64,000 nucleotides of DNA, taken from contig CALWTS010000004.1 in the NCBI GenBank assembly GCA_944384535.1, positions 33,941-97,940 of the forward strand, in the 5' to 3' direction. This document shows positions 25,592 to 35,853 of the stretch, piece by piece. Position numbers and translations under genes: made by a program. Numbering within the stretch: the stretch's first letter is position 1; the number at the start of each line of letters is the position of its first letter. A model generated the notes under the pieces. It saw nothing but the letters and a program-made list of their open reading frames with translations. It was not told the DNA's origin and ran no database searches. This stretch comes from an uncultured Clostridia bacterium (lineage in GTDB: Bacteria > Bacillota > Clostridia > Christensenellales > UBA1242).

Positions 25592-26038
25592 ATGGATAAA
25601 TGGAATAAAAGATTTATGGATATAACAGAGCATATAGCTACATGGTCAAGTTGTATCAGAAGACATGTAGGAGCTGTAATTGTTAAAGACAAAAGAATAA
25701 TGACTACTGGATATAATGGCGCTCCAGCTGGAGTTGAAACTTGCAAAGACAGAGGAGAATGCTTAAGAAATAAATTGAATATTCAAAGCGGTACTCATGC
25801 CGAGCTTTGCTATGCCGCACATGCTGAACAAAATGCAATTATACAGGCAGCAAAAGAAGGTATTAGTCTAAAAGATTGTGTTTTATATTGTACTCACCAA
25901 CCTTGTGTTGTTTGTGCTAAAATGATAATTAATTCAGGAATTAAAGAAGTCATTTATAAGGAAGGCTACCCAGATGATTTTTCAAAAAAACTATGTGAAG
26001 AAGCAGGGGTAAAACTTATTAAATACGAAGATTTGTAA
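25592..26038 (+). CDS. comEB: dCMP deaminase (ComEB family)
   Basis: Zinc motifs HAEQNAI and PCVVCAKMI. The ATG at 25592 lies 6 nt after AAAGGAG. Confidence 0.9.
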   Translation: MDKWNKRFMDITEHIATWSSCIRRHVGAVIVKDKRIMTTGYNGAPAGVETCKDRGECLRNKLNIQSGTHAELCYAAHAEQNAIIQAAKEGISLKDCVLYCTHQPCVVCAKMIINSGIKEVIYKEGYPDDFSKKLCEEAGVKLIKYEDL

Positions 26039-26275
26039 GTGGTAATATATGAAATATAAAATTAATCATAAAAGCAACATAAAATTATAAATATTTTAGA
26101 ATTTTTTATATTGTTTGTTATAAAATAAGAAATCTACCTTTTAATAGATTTTACATGAATTTACAAATATAATAAGAATGTTTAAGTTTGACAAAAAATA
26201 TTCTCTTTCATAAAATTTTTATAACATTAACATATTGAATACTACCAACAATATTTAACTTATGGAGAACATACT

Positions 26276-26860
26276 ATGAAAATTGGAATAGATTTAGATG
26301 GTGTAGTTATTGATAGTGAAAATAATTTTAGAACTTATGAAGAAATTTTTGCAATAGAAGATCTTAACGAAAGAAGAATCATAAATTATCAAGAACCAAA
26401 ATATCAGGGTAGATATCTTTGGACTGAAGAAGAACAAAAAATGTTCAATGAAAAATATTTACTTAAAGCAGCATCTGAAAGTAATTTAATGCCGGGATTT
26501 TTGATTATATATGAAAAACTAAAGAAGATGGGATTTGAAATGATTGTAATAACCGCCAGAGGTGGATTAATTAAAGAAATGAAAAATGATGCAATACAAT
26601 TACTAGAAAAAAATAAAATCTTTTTTGATAAATACTACTGGAATATTACTAATAAACTAGAAATTTGTCAAAAAGAAAAAATTGACATAATGATAGATGA
26701 TGACTATAAAATAGTAAAACAAATTTCAAATTCTAAAATTAAAACAATATATTTTAGAGCAGGAAGATTAAAAAAATTAAAGACAAACAAATTTATTTAT
26801 GAAGTGAATAATTGGGGCGATATATATCGATATTTCGTGAATTTAAAAAAAGATGGTTAA
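26276..26860 (+). CDS. HAD-superfamily 5'(3')-deoxyribonucleotidase-like protein (paralogue of 8392-8991)
   Basis: MKIGIDLDGVVID (HAD motif I), VITAR, IMIDDD. Confidence 0.7.
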   Translation: MKIGIDLDGVVIDSENNFRTYEEIFAIEDLNERRIINYQEPKYQGRYLWTEEEQKMFNEKYLLKAASESNLMPGFLIIYEKLKKMGFEMIVITARGGLIKEMKNDAIQLLEKNKIFFDKYYWNITNKLEICQKEKIDIMIDDDYKIVKQISNSKIKTIYFRAGRLKKLKTNKFIYEVNNWGDIYRYFVNLKKDG

Positions 26861-26878
26861 ACCCATCTTCTTTTTTTT
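26846..26878 (+). terminator. rho-independent terminator overlapping the HAD gene stop
   Basis: AAGATGG-ttaaac-CCATCTT followed by a T run. Confidence 0.7.
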
Positions 26879-27009
26879 AATAGAAGCCAATAGAAGCAAT
26901 AAACTTTATTTTTCGTGAAAGTTTTTAAATTAAATGAATTATAGAACAAAAATTACTATATCTTATAAATTTTTTATTTAATTAATTAAAATTTGTAAAT
27001 GGAGGTGTT

Positions 27010-27753
27010 ATGAATAAAGAAATTATATTAAATAAAGTTGATAAACTTATTGTAATGTTTAAAAATGGAGAACTCGGTGGAAAAATTATGCCAGAAGAAG
27101 CCAAGCCTCATTTAAAAAGCTCAAGTTTAGAAAATTATTTATATTTTACTTTGCAAATGGCACTAAACTATCAAAGAAATTCCTATATACTTTGGAAAAA
27201 CGCATTAAAAACTTACATCGATCAAGAAACCATGTTTGTATTTGAACCTAAAAAGTGTTTGGAAAAATCTTTTGAACAAGTAAAATGCTTTAACGAAATA
27301 TAAAGTTGCACTACAAAAACAAAAGCAAACTGAAATATGGATATCTCTTTGTAACACATTTATGGAATTATTTAATGGCGATATAAGGGAATTATTTGAT
27401 ACATTAGATAATGATGTAGACAAAATTAAAAACTTTATACAAAAGGAAAACAAAAAAAGTTCCCCTATTTATCTGGAACAAAAATATGCAATTATTGGAT
27501 GTATGTAATTTCTCAATATACTGATAGAAAATACAAAAATATACAAAATTTAACTGTAGCTCCTGATACATATGTATGCAAAGCAACTTATAAATTAGGA
27601 TTGATTACAAACGATGAATTTGATCCTTACAACGTTCAAAAAATTGTTATAGAAAGGTGGTAAGAATTACTTAAAAATACAAAATATAATCCAATAGATA
27701 TTCATACACCACTTTGGTTATGGAGCAGAAATGGCTTTAAGGAGATTAGATAA
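27010..27753 (+). pseudogene. disrupted gene for a helix-hairpin-helix DNA-glycosylase-like protein (family call tentative)
   Basis: The reading frame can only be followed across three lesions: a stop/frameshift near 27301, a frameshift in the A8 run at about 27463-27470, and an in-frame TAA after ...IVIERW at about 27661. The restored sequence reads ...QKQTEIWISLCNTFMELFNGDIRELF...KKFPYLSGTKICNYWMYVISQY...NLTVAPDTYVCKATYKLGLI...DIHTPLWLWSRNGF. Confidence 0.65.
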
Positions 27754-27896
27754 TATATAAAACAAAGTAGAAAAACCAGTCAACTAAATTATTGAAAAGA
27801 TAATTCTTGACATGAAATCAAATATAAAATATAACTTTTAAGTTATCTCTAAAATTTACTAAAAATAAAAATTTTAATAAAATTTCATTTTTTAAA

Positions 27897-27970
27897 TGGA
27901 GCAGGTAACGGGAATCGGACCCGCGAATTATGCTTGGGAAGCACACATTTTACCACTAAATTATACCTGC
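27897..27970 (-). tRNA. trnG: tRNA-Gly (anticodon CCC)
   Basis: Minus strand: GCAGGTATAATTTAGTGGTAAAATGTGTGCTTCCCAAGCATAATTCGCGGGTCCGATTCCCGTTACCTGCTCCA. Anticodon loop TTCCCAA. Confidence 0.9.
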
Positions 27971-28035
27971 ATACTCTTCACTATATTAACACAAAACAGG
28001 TATAATATCAACTTTTTTTTAGCTTAACATAATTT

Positions 28036-29796
28036 TTATTCAACAGTAACACTTTTTGCTAAATTTCTCGGCATGTCTGGATTAAGTCCCATTTTTACTG
28101 CGGTAAAATAAGCTAATTTTTGTAAGATAATAATACTTTGGATAGGTAAAAATTTTTCATCACAACGTCTTATCTTTATTATAAAATCAAAGTTATCTTT
28201 AATCTCTTTATTAATAGCAATTGAAGTAATCAAAATCAATTTTCCTCCCCTCGCTTTGACTTCATAAGCATTATTTAAAACCTTGGCGAAAGTTTTTTTG
28301 TCAGTTGCAACCACAATAACTGGAATTTCTTTTTCTATCAAAGCTAATGTTCCATGCTTTAATTCTCCACTACATTCTGCAAAAGCATAAATATAAGTTA
28401 TTTCTTTCAATTTTAAAGCTGCTTCCAATGAAGTTATATAATCTATACCTCTACCTATGAAAAATACTTTATCCTTATAAGACAAATAACTAGCTAATCT
28501 TTTGATTAAAGAGTTATTTCCTAAACTTAATTTACCTTTAAAAGTTATTAAATTACTAATAAAATCTTCATTTTTAAAACTTTTTGCCAATATATAAAAT
28601 ATTATGCATTGTGCTAAATATGCTTTTGTTGATGCAACCGCCTTTTCTAAACCTGCACAAATAGGGAAAAAGTCATCTGCTATTCTTGTTATTGTACTAT
28701 ATTCAGCATTAACAATTGCAATAGTTTTTGCACCTCTATTTTTAGCAAATTTTAAAGCGGTAATAGTATCAGCAGTTTCTCCACTTTGACTGATAAAAAA
28801 ACATAAAGATTTGTTGTCTAAGATATTTTTTTCAAATATAAATTCACTAGCTTTACAAACAAAAATATCTTTTTCTAACATTTCTTTAAAATACATCTGC
28901 CCCACAAGACCAGCATGATAAGCAGTTCCGCAACCAACCAAATAAATTCTATTAAAATTCTTTATATTCAATGACTTTAATCTAAATATCAACTGTGATT
29001 GTTTATATCTCTCTATAATATTGTCTATTATAGATTTACTTTCATTTATCTCTTTTAACATGTAATATTTAAATTTATTTTTATCATCTGCAAGTTCTTT
29101 GGTTTTAATTTTACTTACTTTTTTTTCAACCATTTGGGAATCTTGATTATAAACTTCAATGCCATTTAATGAAATTTTCCCATACTCACCATCATCAATA
29201 GTTAAATATTTGTTAAATTTCCCAAAAAAGCAACTTGGATCACTCGCAACCATCATGCTCTTTTCTTTAAAAGCAATATAAAGAGGACTTTTATATTTAG
29301 CAAAAAACAACTCTTTTTTGTTTTTTGATATAGAAACAATTGAAAAAGAACCTTCAAGAAGAGAAAAGAGTTTTTTTATTTTTTTTAAAGATAGATTTTC
29401 ACCAAGAATTTTTGCCACAACTTCACTATCTGTTTCTCCATAAAACTTAATACCTTTTTTTACTAACTTTTCTTTTAATTTTTCAAAATTCTCAATAATG
29501 CCATTATGAACCAAACAAATTTCATTTTTAAAAGAAAAATGAGGATGACAATTTTCTAAAGAAATTTTTCCATGAGTTGCCCAACGTGTATGAGCAATCC
29601 CTACACCATCAAATTCTATGTCTTTTACATTTTCTTTTAAATTATCAACGGAGCCAACTGTCTTTCTTACAATAAAATTATTATTATACTGAATAACCAT
29701 TCCTGCAGAATCATACCCTCTATATTCTAATCTCTCCAATCCTTCTATTAAATTTTTCTTTACATTTTTGCCAATGTATCCTATTATACCACACAT
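28036..29796 (-). CDS. glmS: glutamine--fructose-6-phosphate aminotransferase
   Basis: MCGIIGYIG N-terminal Cys nucleophile, two SIS domains, C-terminal ...RNLAKSVTVE. Confidence 0.95.
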   Translation of the reverse strand: MCGIIGYIGKNVKKNLIEGLERLEYRGYDSAGMVIQYNNNFIVRKTVGSVDNLKENVKDIEFDGVGIAHTRWATHGKISLENCHPHFSFKNEICLVHNGIIENFEKLKEKLVKKGIKFYGETDSEVVAKILGENLSLKKIKKLFSLLEGSFSIVSISKNKKELFFAKYKSPLYIAFKEKSMMVASDPSCFFGKFNKYLTIDDGEYGKISLNGIEVYNQDSQMVEKKVSKIKTKELADDKNKFKYYMLKEINESKSIIDNIIERYKQSQLIFRLKSLNIKNFNRIYLVGCGTAYHAGLVGQMYFKEMLEKDIFVCKASEFIFEKNILDNKSLCFFISQSGETADTITALKFAKNRGAKTIAIVNAEYSTITRIADDFFPICAGLEKAVASTKAYLAQCIIFYILAKSFKNEDFISNLITFKGKLSLGNNSLIKRLASYLSYKDKVFFIGRGIDYITSLEAALKLKEITYIYAFAECSGELKHGTLALIEKEIPVIVVATDKKTFAKVLNNAYEVKARGGKLILITSIAINKEIKDNFDFIIKIRRCDEKFLPIQSIIILQKLAYFTAVKMGLNPDMPRNLAKSVTVE

Positions 29797-29897
29797 AAAA
29801 ATCTCCTTAATTATTTTTTATGCAAAAAAAATTAATGAAGAAACAATAACAATATTTTTTCATATATATTTCCTATGAAGTACAAATATAATTTGAG

Positions 29898-30515
29898 GTG
29901 AAAATGACAAAATTTATAAATAAAAAGAGCTGTTTTATTGGAAAAAATGTAAAATTTGGAAAAAATGTTACAATTTATGAAAACAATCACATAGATGGTA
30001 ATTCATACATAGGAGATAATTGTATCATTTATCCTAATAATTTTATAAATAACTGTTATGTCGACAACAATTGTAAAATTTACATATCTTTCCTTGAAGA
30101 TAGTTTTATAAAAAGAGACTGTATCATTGGACCTTTTGCAAGGCTTAGACCTAATAGTAATATTTCTGAAAATTGCAAAATCGGAAATTTTGTAGAAGTC
30201 AAAAATTCCAAAATTGGAAATGGAACCAAAGCAAGTCACCTTTCATATATAGGAGACAGTGAATTGGGTGAAAATTGTAATATTGGTTGTGGTGTTATAT
30301 TCGTAAACTATAATGGCAAAGAAAAACAACATATCAAAATAGGAAATCATGTTTTTGTTGGATCAAATTGCAATTTAATTGCACCAATAGAAATCGCTGA
30401 TGATAGTTTCATTTGTGCCGGAACAACAGTAACTGAAAATACTCAAAAAGGTGATTTTGTAATTGGAAGAGTTCGACAGGAAATTAAACACGAAAAAGCT
30501 AAAAAATATTGGTAA
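29898..30515 (+). CDS. stand-alone GlmU-type left-handed beta-helix acetyltransferase domain (no uridyltransferase domain)
   Basis: 205 aa matching only the C-terminal half of GlmU (RLRPNSNISENCKIGNFVEVKNSKIGNGTKASHLSYIGDSELGENCNIGCGVIFVNYNG...). An ATG at 29904 is an alternative start. Confidence 0.75.
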   Translation: MKMTKFINKKSCFIGKNVKFGKNVTIYENNHIDGNSYIGDNCIIYPNNFINNCYVDNNCKIYISFLEDSFIKRDCIIGPFARLRPNSNISENCKIGNFVEVKNSKIGNGTKASHLSYIGDSELGENCNIGCGVIFVNYNGKEKQHIKIGNHVFVGSNCNLIAPIEIADDSFICAGTTVTENTQKGDFVIGRVRQEIKHEKAKKYW

Positions 30516-30542
30516 TAATCATAACAAATTAAAAGGAGAAAA

Positions 30543-31835
30543 ATGGGTACTTATTTTGGAACTGATGGTATAAGAGGAGTTTTTGGAGAAGAACTCTCCC
30601 CTGATTTAGCAATGAAATGCGGAAATAGTTTGTCAAGACTTTGTATAAGAAAAAAAGTTATCATTGGAAGAGATACAAGAATTACAGGAGATTTACTTGC
30701 TTTATCCTTTTCAAGTGGACTTATAAGTGGTGGTATAAATGTTATAGATGTTGGAGTTGCTACAACACCTTGTATCGCGTTTTTAACAAAGAAATTAAAT
30801 TGTGATTTTGGTGTTGTAATTAGTGCAAGTCATAATCCAAGTGAATTTAATGGTATAAAGATTTTTAACTCAAATGGCTATAAAATTGATGAGGATTTAG
30901 AGAGTCAAATTGAAAGAAAATTTTTTCAACCTGTATATAAAAATTATGAAAATATTGGACATTATTATTACAGTCCAAAATTACTAAAACTTTATTATAA
31001 ATCCATATCAAATATAATTACACCTCTAAACAAAATAAAAATCGTAGTCGACTGTGCAAATGGTGCATCTTATAAAATAGCAAGAATACTTTTTAAAAAA
31101 CTAAATACAAAAATATATTTTATAAACAATAAAAACGATGGATTAAACATAAATAATAATTGTGGTGCACTCTTTCCTCAAACACTATCAAAAGTAGTTT
31201 TAGAAAAAAAAGCGGATATTGGTTTTGCATTTGATGGAGATGCAGACAGAATTATTTGCTGTGATGAGAAAGGTAACATTATTGATGGAGACGATATACT
31301 TTATATTTTACGCCAATTTTCAAATAATAAGATTGTGGGAACTTCAATTTCTAACAAAGGTTTAGAAAATACTTTAAAACAACAAAATATTGAGTTTTAT
31401 AGAGCAGATGTTGGAGATAAATATGTCATTGAAACGATGAATAAAAACCAAATTTTATTAGGAGGAGAACCTTCCGGACATATAATTGTATATCCTTTTT
31501 CTACAACTGGAGATGGCATACTTACCGCATTGTTGATTTGTCAAGTTCTAAATGAAAAGCATAAAAAGCTTTCAGAACTTGTTGACTACAAGAAGTTTCC
31601 ACAAATTAATATAAATATAAGTGTTAAAGATAAATTTCGAGTTTTAAATTCAGATTTACTTTCTTCTCAAATATTAAAAATTCAACAAATGTTTGGAGAA
31701 AATGGAAGAATTCTTGTAAGAGCAAGTGGAACAGAACCTAAACTAAGAATAATGTGTGAACATATAAACTTAAAAATCGCACAAAAATATTCTACTATTT
31801 TAAAAAAAATAGTTTTGAGCTTAAACAAAAAATAA
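30543..31835 (+). CDS. glmM: phosphoglucosamine mutase
   Basis: SASHNP phosphoserine loop, DGDADR metal loop, GGEPSGH sugar loop. Confidence 0.95.
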   Translation: MGTYFGTDGIRGVFGEELSPDLAMKCGNSLSRLCIRKKVIIGRDTRITGDLLALSFSSGLISGGINVIDVGVATTPCIAFLTKKLNCDFGVVISASHNPSEFNGIKIFNSNGYKIDEDLESQIERKFFQPVYKNYENIGHYYYSPKLLKLYYKSISNIITPLNKIKIVVDCANGASYKIARILFKKLNTKIYFINNKNDGLNINNNCGALFPQTLSKVVLEKKADIGFAFDGDADRIICCDEKGNIIDGDDILYILRQFSNNKIVGTSISNKGLENTLKQQNIEFYRADVGDKYVIETMNKNQILLGGEPSGHIIVYPFSTTGDGILTALLICQVLNEKHKKLSELVDYKKFPQININISVKDKFRVLNSDLLSSQILKIQQMFGENGRILVRASGTEPKLRIMCEHINLKIAQKYSTILKKIVLSLNKK

Positions 31836-31857
31836 AAGAGAGTACTCTCTTTTATTT
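31834..31857. terminator. bidirectional hairpin between glmM and the ABC permease
   Basis: Palindrome AAAGAGAGT/ACTCTCTTT flanked by A and T runs. Confidence 0.6.
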
Positions 31858-33468
31858 TTATAGTGGTAAGTCTTTTTTATCAAATCTAAAAACACCTATT
31901 ATAAATGTTACAACACCTATTGCAAATAAAACACCAAATTTCCATAAATAATTTATAGAACCATTTAATATTGAAGTTGTATCAAATAATGTAATTACAG
32001 ACAAATAATTAAAGAAGTTCATTTGAGATATTCTCATTGCAGAAGGTACAACTTCTGAACCAAACAAACCTAAGATAGTACAAACCAATGAGAAAATTGT
32101 TAAACCTCCACCTATTGACATTGAATATTTAGAACGATTAAATATCGCAGAACACATAAAGCAATATCCAGCAATAGCAAACATTGATAAAAATGCTCCT
32201 AAATTTAGCAACAATATTTCACTAAAATTAATCGCAAAAGCATCACCACCAACAATCCAAACAGCTATTACACTCACAACTGTTAATAGAGAGAACATTG
32301 CTAGTAAAGCCACCAATAAATAAGTCATTTGAGTAGCGGTGACAGTTCTTCTTTTTGTTGGAGTAGATAAAACATAAGCCATAGAACCAGAATCCACTTG
32401 CCCTGCAATAAGACCATTAGCAGTCATTATTACAAAAACCATTGGCAACAAAAGTCCTGCGATTTTATAGAAGATTGAACCAATAATCAATCCGTAAATA
32501 TCCATATTTCCTAATTCACTCAAAGCAACAGCTACTTTTTCTGGAATTTGATCAGATATACTTTTGGTTGCCTCTGCCCGTGCCTCTTCTTGAGTTTTTC
32601 CCTCTCCTAACCATAACTGATAAGTACTCAAAGCTGTATTAGAAATTACTTTAACGGAAACTGCATATTGTTTTGCAACTTCTTCATCTTCTCCACTTGC
32701 AATTTGAGTTTGATATACATTTTCATACATAAAAGTATTTACGTAATTTGTAGCAACTGAGTAATAGTTTTCGATATTAAATTGAAAAGACGTGCCTGCA
32801 GTTTCTTTGTCTTGTTTATATTGAGAAATTGCATCTACAGCAATCTCCTGAGACTTATCAGCTTTTGTAGTTGCTGTAATTGAAGCTTCTTCTTCTGTTG
32901 CACCATTTTCAATTTCTCTATTATATACTTCTAAATAAGATTGTTGATAAATTTGAGTTAAAAAATATTTATCAAATAAGTCTGTACCTTTCACAGAAGT
33001 ATCTTCAATATAAACATTTAAAACACTTGATACGAGCATAACCATTTCATCTTCAGTCATTCCTACAATAGATGAAAAAGGTTTCATTTCATTTGCTACT
33101 TCTAGAATAATTTGACTTTTTTCTTCCCCATTTGGTTCCCTTTCATTATCCTGTTCAAATTGTTGAACTTTACCATCATATTTAGTTGTAATTATGCTGA
33201 TATATGAACTAAATTGTACATTTTGGTTATAATTTAATAAAGTTGCTAAATATAAATCATAACTATCAACAACATCTTCCTTCACAGAAGATTCTTGATC
33301 CGCTTGCACAAAAACCTGCTTTAAAGAATCTCGAATATCATTAATACCAAGATTCCCTAGCACAATAATAACAATAGCAAGCATTATACAAGTTGATGCC
33401 GTGACAGCAACCCATTTTATCCAATTAGCTTTAACCGACTGTTTAAAAAGTGCTTTACTAAAATACAT
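31858..33468 (-). CDS. ABC-2-type transporter permease with large extracytoplasmic loop
   Basis: N-terminal TM, a hydrophilic loop of about 300 aa, then 5 C-terminal TM segments. The ATG at 33468 follows AGGAGG and sits 1 nt after the ATPase stop. Confidence 0.75.
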   Translation of the reverse strand: MYFSKALFKQSVKANWIKWVAVTASTCIMLAIVIIVLGNLGINDIRDSLKQVFVQADQESSVKEDVVDSYDLYLATLLNYNQNVQFSSYISIITTKYDGKVQQFEQDNEREPNGEEKSQIILEVANEMKPFSSIVGMTEDEMVMLVSSVLNVYIEDTSVKGTDLFDKYFLTQIYQQSYLEVYNREIENGATEEEASITATTKADKSQEIAVDAISQYKQDKETAGTSFQFNIENYYSVATNYVNTFMYENVYQTQIASGEDEEVAKQYAVSVKVISNTALSTYQLWLGEGKTQEEARAEATKSISDQIPEKVAVALSELGNMDIYGLIIGSIFYKIAGLLLPMVFVIMTANGLIAGQVDSGSMAYVLSTPTKRRTVTATQMTYLLVALLAMFSLLTVVSVIAVWIVGGDAFAINFSEILLLNLGAFLSMFAIAGYCFMCSAIFNRSKYSMSIGGGLTIFSLVCTILGLFGSEVVPSAMRISQMNFFNYLSVITLFDTTSILNGSINYLWKFGVLFAIGVVTFIIGVFRFDKKDLPL

Positions 33469-33469
33469 T

Positions 33470-34375
33470 TTAACCTCCTTTTTTATTGGCTTCTTGTAAA
33501 ATTTCTTTGAAATGCTTTTCAAGATTATGTTTTACTTCAGAAATAAATTTTAAATCATAATTTCTCAAAATATTAAATAATCTATTCATCTCTTTATCAA
33601 AAATTTTTATCGTAACTTGATTATATTTTTCCTGGTCTCTAACTATCTCAAACTTTAATGTCTTAAACTTTAAATAATCATCTCTAGTTTTAAACTCAAT
33701 CTTATAATTTTTATAAGGTAAATTTTTTAACTCATTAACATCTGCAATATCAACAATTCTTCCATTGTAAATAAGAGCAACCCTATCGCATGTTATCTCA
33801 AGTTCATCAAAGACCTGACTACTCATAAGAATTGTTTTTCCCTTTTTCTTTTCTTCTAAAATCAATTCTAAAAAAGTTTCTCTCATTAATGGATCAAGTC
33901 CTGTAGTAGGTTCATCTAAAATCAAAATATCCTTATCCGCCATAAGAGCAGCAACAATGGCTGTTTTTTGCTTCATACCTTTACTCATTCGCTTTAAATT
34001 AGCAGATGGATCTAATTGTAACCTTTCAATTAAATAATTTGCATAACTCATATCTTTAATTTTTAATAACTCTGCTTGTGCTTTTAAAAACGTTGTTCCA
34101 TATTGTAAATCTGGAAAAGCAATTTCTCCTGGTACATAACCAACAAAATTTTTGATTTCACATGAATCCTTCCATGCATCTTTACCAAGGACAAAGACTT
34201 CTCCTTTTTGAGGTTTTAAAAACCCCATAATGTGACGGATTGTCGTAGTTTTTCCACTACCATTTGTTCCTACAAAACCAAATGTCTCTCCTTTATTAAC
34301 AGAAAAACTTATATCAAATATACCTCTTCCATTTCCATAATCTTTTGTGAGGTCTTTTACCGTAATTACTTCCAT
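33470..34375 (-). CDS. ABC transporter ATP-binding protein
   Basis: Walker A GTNGSGKTT, signature MSKGMKQK, Walker B ILILDEPTTGLD. Confidence 0.9.
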   Translation of the reverse strand: MEVITVKDLTKDYGNGRGIFDISFSVNKGETFGFVGTNGSGKTTTIRHIMGFLKPQKGEVFVLGKDAWKDSCEIKNFVGYVPGEIAFPDLQYGTTFLKAQAELLKIKDMSYANYLIERLQLDPSANLKRMSKGMKQKTAIVAALMADKDILILDEPTTGLDPLMRETFLELILEEKKKGKTILMSSQVFDELEITCDRVALIYNGRIVDIADVNELKNLPYKNYKIEFKTRDDYLKFKTLKFEIVRDQEKYNQVTIKIFDKEMNRLFNILRNYDLKFISEVKHNLEKHFKEILQEANKKGG

Positions 34376-35322
34376 TTAAACATACCTCCAAAATTTTTAT
34401 CTTCTTTATAAAATTGCATGAAATAATCTTCTAAAGTAAATTTAATTTGTATAAACGAATTTATCTTATATAGAGAAATTAAATTCATAAACTCATTAAC
34501 ATCTTTATCATTTACAGCAACTAAAACAGTCAATTCTTTTTCATTAACTTCTTTTATGCCTATACGTTTAATATTTGTTATATCTTTCCTTGTTTTTGGA
34601 AGTTTTGAAACAAAATCCTTTAACTCATTTAATTTTGCAAATTTTACCTTGAAATTTTTGTTTTCGTTATGCTTAATATCGTTCGCATCAAACATAGAAA
34701 CTATTTTCCCATCTTTAATAATTGCAATTCTATCACAAGTAGCTTCTACTTCATTAAACATATGAGAAGATAACAAAATCGTTTTTCCTCTTTTCTTTTC
34801 CTCTTTAATCAAATCAATAAAAACCTGTTGCATTACAGGATCTAATCCGCTTGTCGGCTCATCTAATATTAAAACATCAGGATCATGCATAAAAGCGACT
34901 ACAATAGCTAACTTTCTTTTATCTCCAAGTGACATTTTCTTTGTTTCAGCATTTGGATTGAATTTAAAAATTTGTAATAGATAATCCAATCTTTCTTTAT
35001 TTGTCACTTTTCGAAGATTATTCATCATTTCTATAAATTCAACACCTGTTAATCCTTCAGGTAATGCGATTTCTCCAGGCAAATAACCAACTTTATCTAA
35101 AAATTTGTTATAATTGTGAAAAGTCTCTAAATCAAAAATTCTTGTCTCACCTTTTTGTGGCTTTGAAAATCCCATTAAATGTCTTATCGTTGTAGACTTA
35201 CCAGCTCCGTTTGGCCCCAAAAATCCAAAGACTTCTCCTTGTTTTACAGAAAAAGTGACATCAAAAACCCCTCTTCCATGTCCGTAATCTTGAGTTAGAT
35301 TTTTTACTTCAATTATATCCAT
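34366..35322 (-). CDS. ABC transporter ATP-binding protein
   Basis: Walker A GPNGAGKST, signature LSLGDKRK, Walker B VLILDEPTSGLD. Overlaps the next ATPase gene by 10 nt. Confidence 0.9.
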   Translation of the reverse strand: MDIIEVKNLTQDYGHGRGVFDVTFSVKQGEVFGFLGPNGAGKSTTIRHLMGFSKPQKGETRIFDLETFHNYNKFLDKVGYLPGEIALPEGLTGVEFIEMMNNLRKVTNKERLDYLLQIFKFNPNAETKKMSLGDKRKLAIVVAFMHDPDVLILDEPTSGLDPVMQQVFIDLIKEEKKRGKTILLSSHMFNEVEATCDRIAIIKDGKIVSMFDANDIKHNENKNFKVKFAKLNELKDFVSKLPKTRKDITNIKRIGIKEVNEKELTVLVAVNDKDVNEFMNLISLYKINSFIQIKFTLEDYFMQFYKEDKNFGGMFKWK

Positions 35323-35430
35323 AGAGCCTCCTTACAAGCAAATATATATTTTTTAATTCGCAGAAATGTCACTTAAATTTGTTATATACATAGTATAACA
35401 CTTAAAACAAAAAAAAAGCAATTAAATTAA

Positions 35431-35459
35431 AAAAATAAAATAGAGAAAGCATCTCTATT
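35431..35459 (-). terminator. rho-independent terminator of PHFHF cassette 2
   Basis: Minus strand: AATAGAGA-tgctt-TCTCTATT followed by TTATTTTT. Overlaps the stop of the small gene. Confidence 0.65.
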
Positions 35460-35853
35460 CTACATTTCCATTAATCATCTCAAACAATAACAACGCTCTA
35501 ATAAATTTATTATAATCTATTATTATTTCATCAGGATTTATTTTTATTAAAAATCTATTGTCCTCAAACTCAATATTATTTTCTTTAATAAACCTATTAA
35601 AGAATTTATTTTCAAATTCTCCAAAATGTTCGTTAATTACAGAGTTGAAAACATCACCATAATCACAAAAATAAAATTCTTCATTAACTGAAATTAAATA
35701 AATTTTTAAAACATCAAAATTATTTAGCAACATTAGATTTGTGTTAATTATGTATTTTTCTTCATTTACTTTCTTTATATTTATAGAACCTATATAATCA
35801 CTTAATTTTATAACAAGTTCATTTATTTTCATTTTCATCTCCAAACTTTTCAT
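35455..35853 (-). CDS. small protein of cassette 2 (same family as 18119-18502 and 18499-18852)
   Basis: Landmarks: LISVNEEFYFCDYGD, FIKENNIEFEDNRF, KFIRALLLFEMI. The likely true start is the ATG at 35832, 6 nt after GGAG. That gives a 14-nt overlap with the large gene instead of 35 nt. Confidence 0.7.
   Translation of the reverse strand: MKSLEMKMKINELVIKLSDYIGSINIKKVNEEKYIINTNLMLLNNFDVLKIYLISVNEEFYFCDYGDVFNSVINEHFGEFENKFFNRFIKENNIEFEDNRFLIKINPDEIIIDYNKFIRALLLFEMINGNVE

Noticed and set aside
27786-27830. TTGACA-N17-TATAAC promoter-like match on the + strand, and the palindrome ATAACTTTTAAGTTAT
   Set aside because: There is no + strand gene downstream; it points into the antisense of tRNA-Gly. 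The palindrome is more simply the terminator of tRNA-Gly on the minus strand. Promoter-like hexamers arise by chance in DNA this AT-rich.
29797-29897. Looked for a glmS ribozyme upstream of glmS
   Set aside because: Only 101 nt separate glmS from the divergent gene, and the sequence is almost pure A/T with none of the conserved ribozyme core. A glmS ribozyme is therefore not present.
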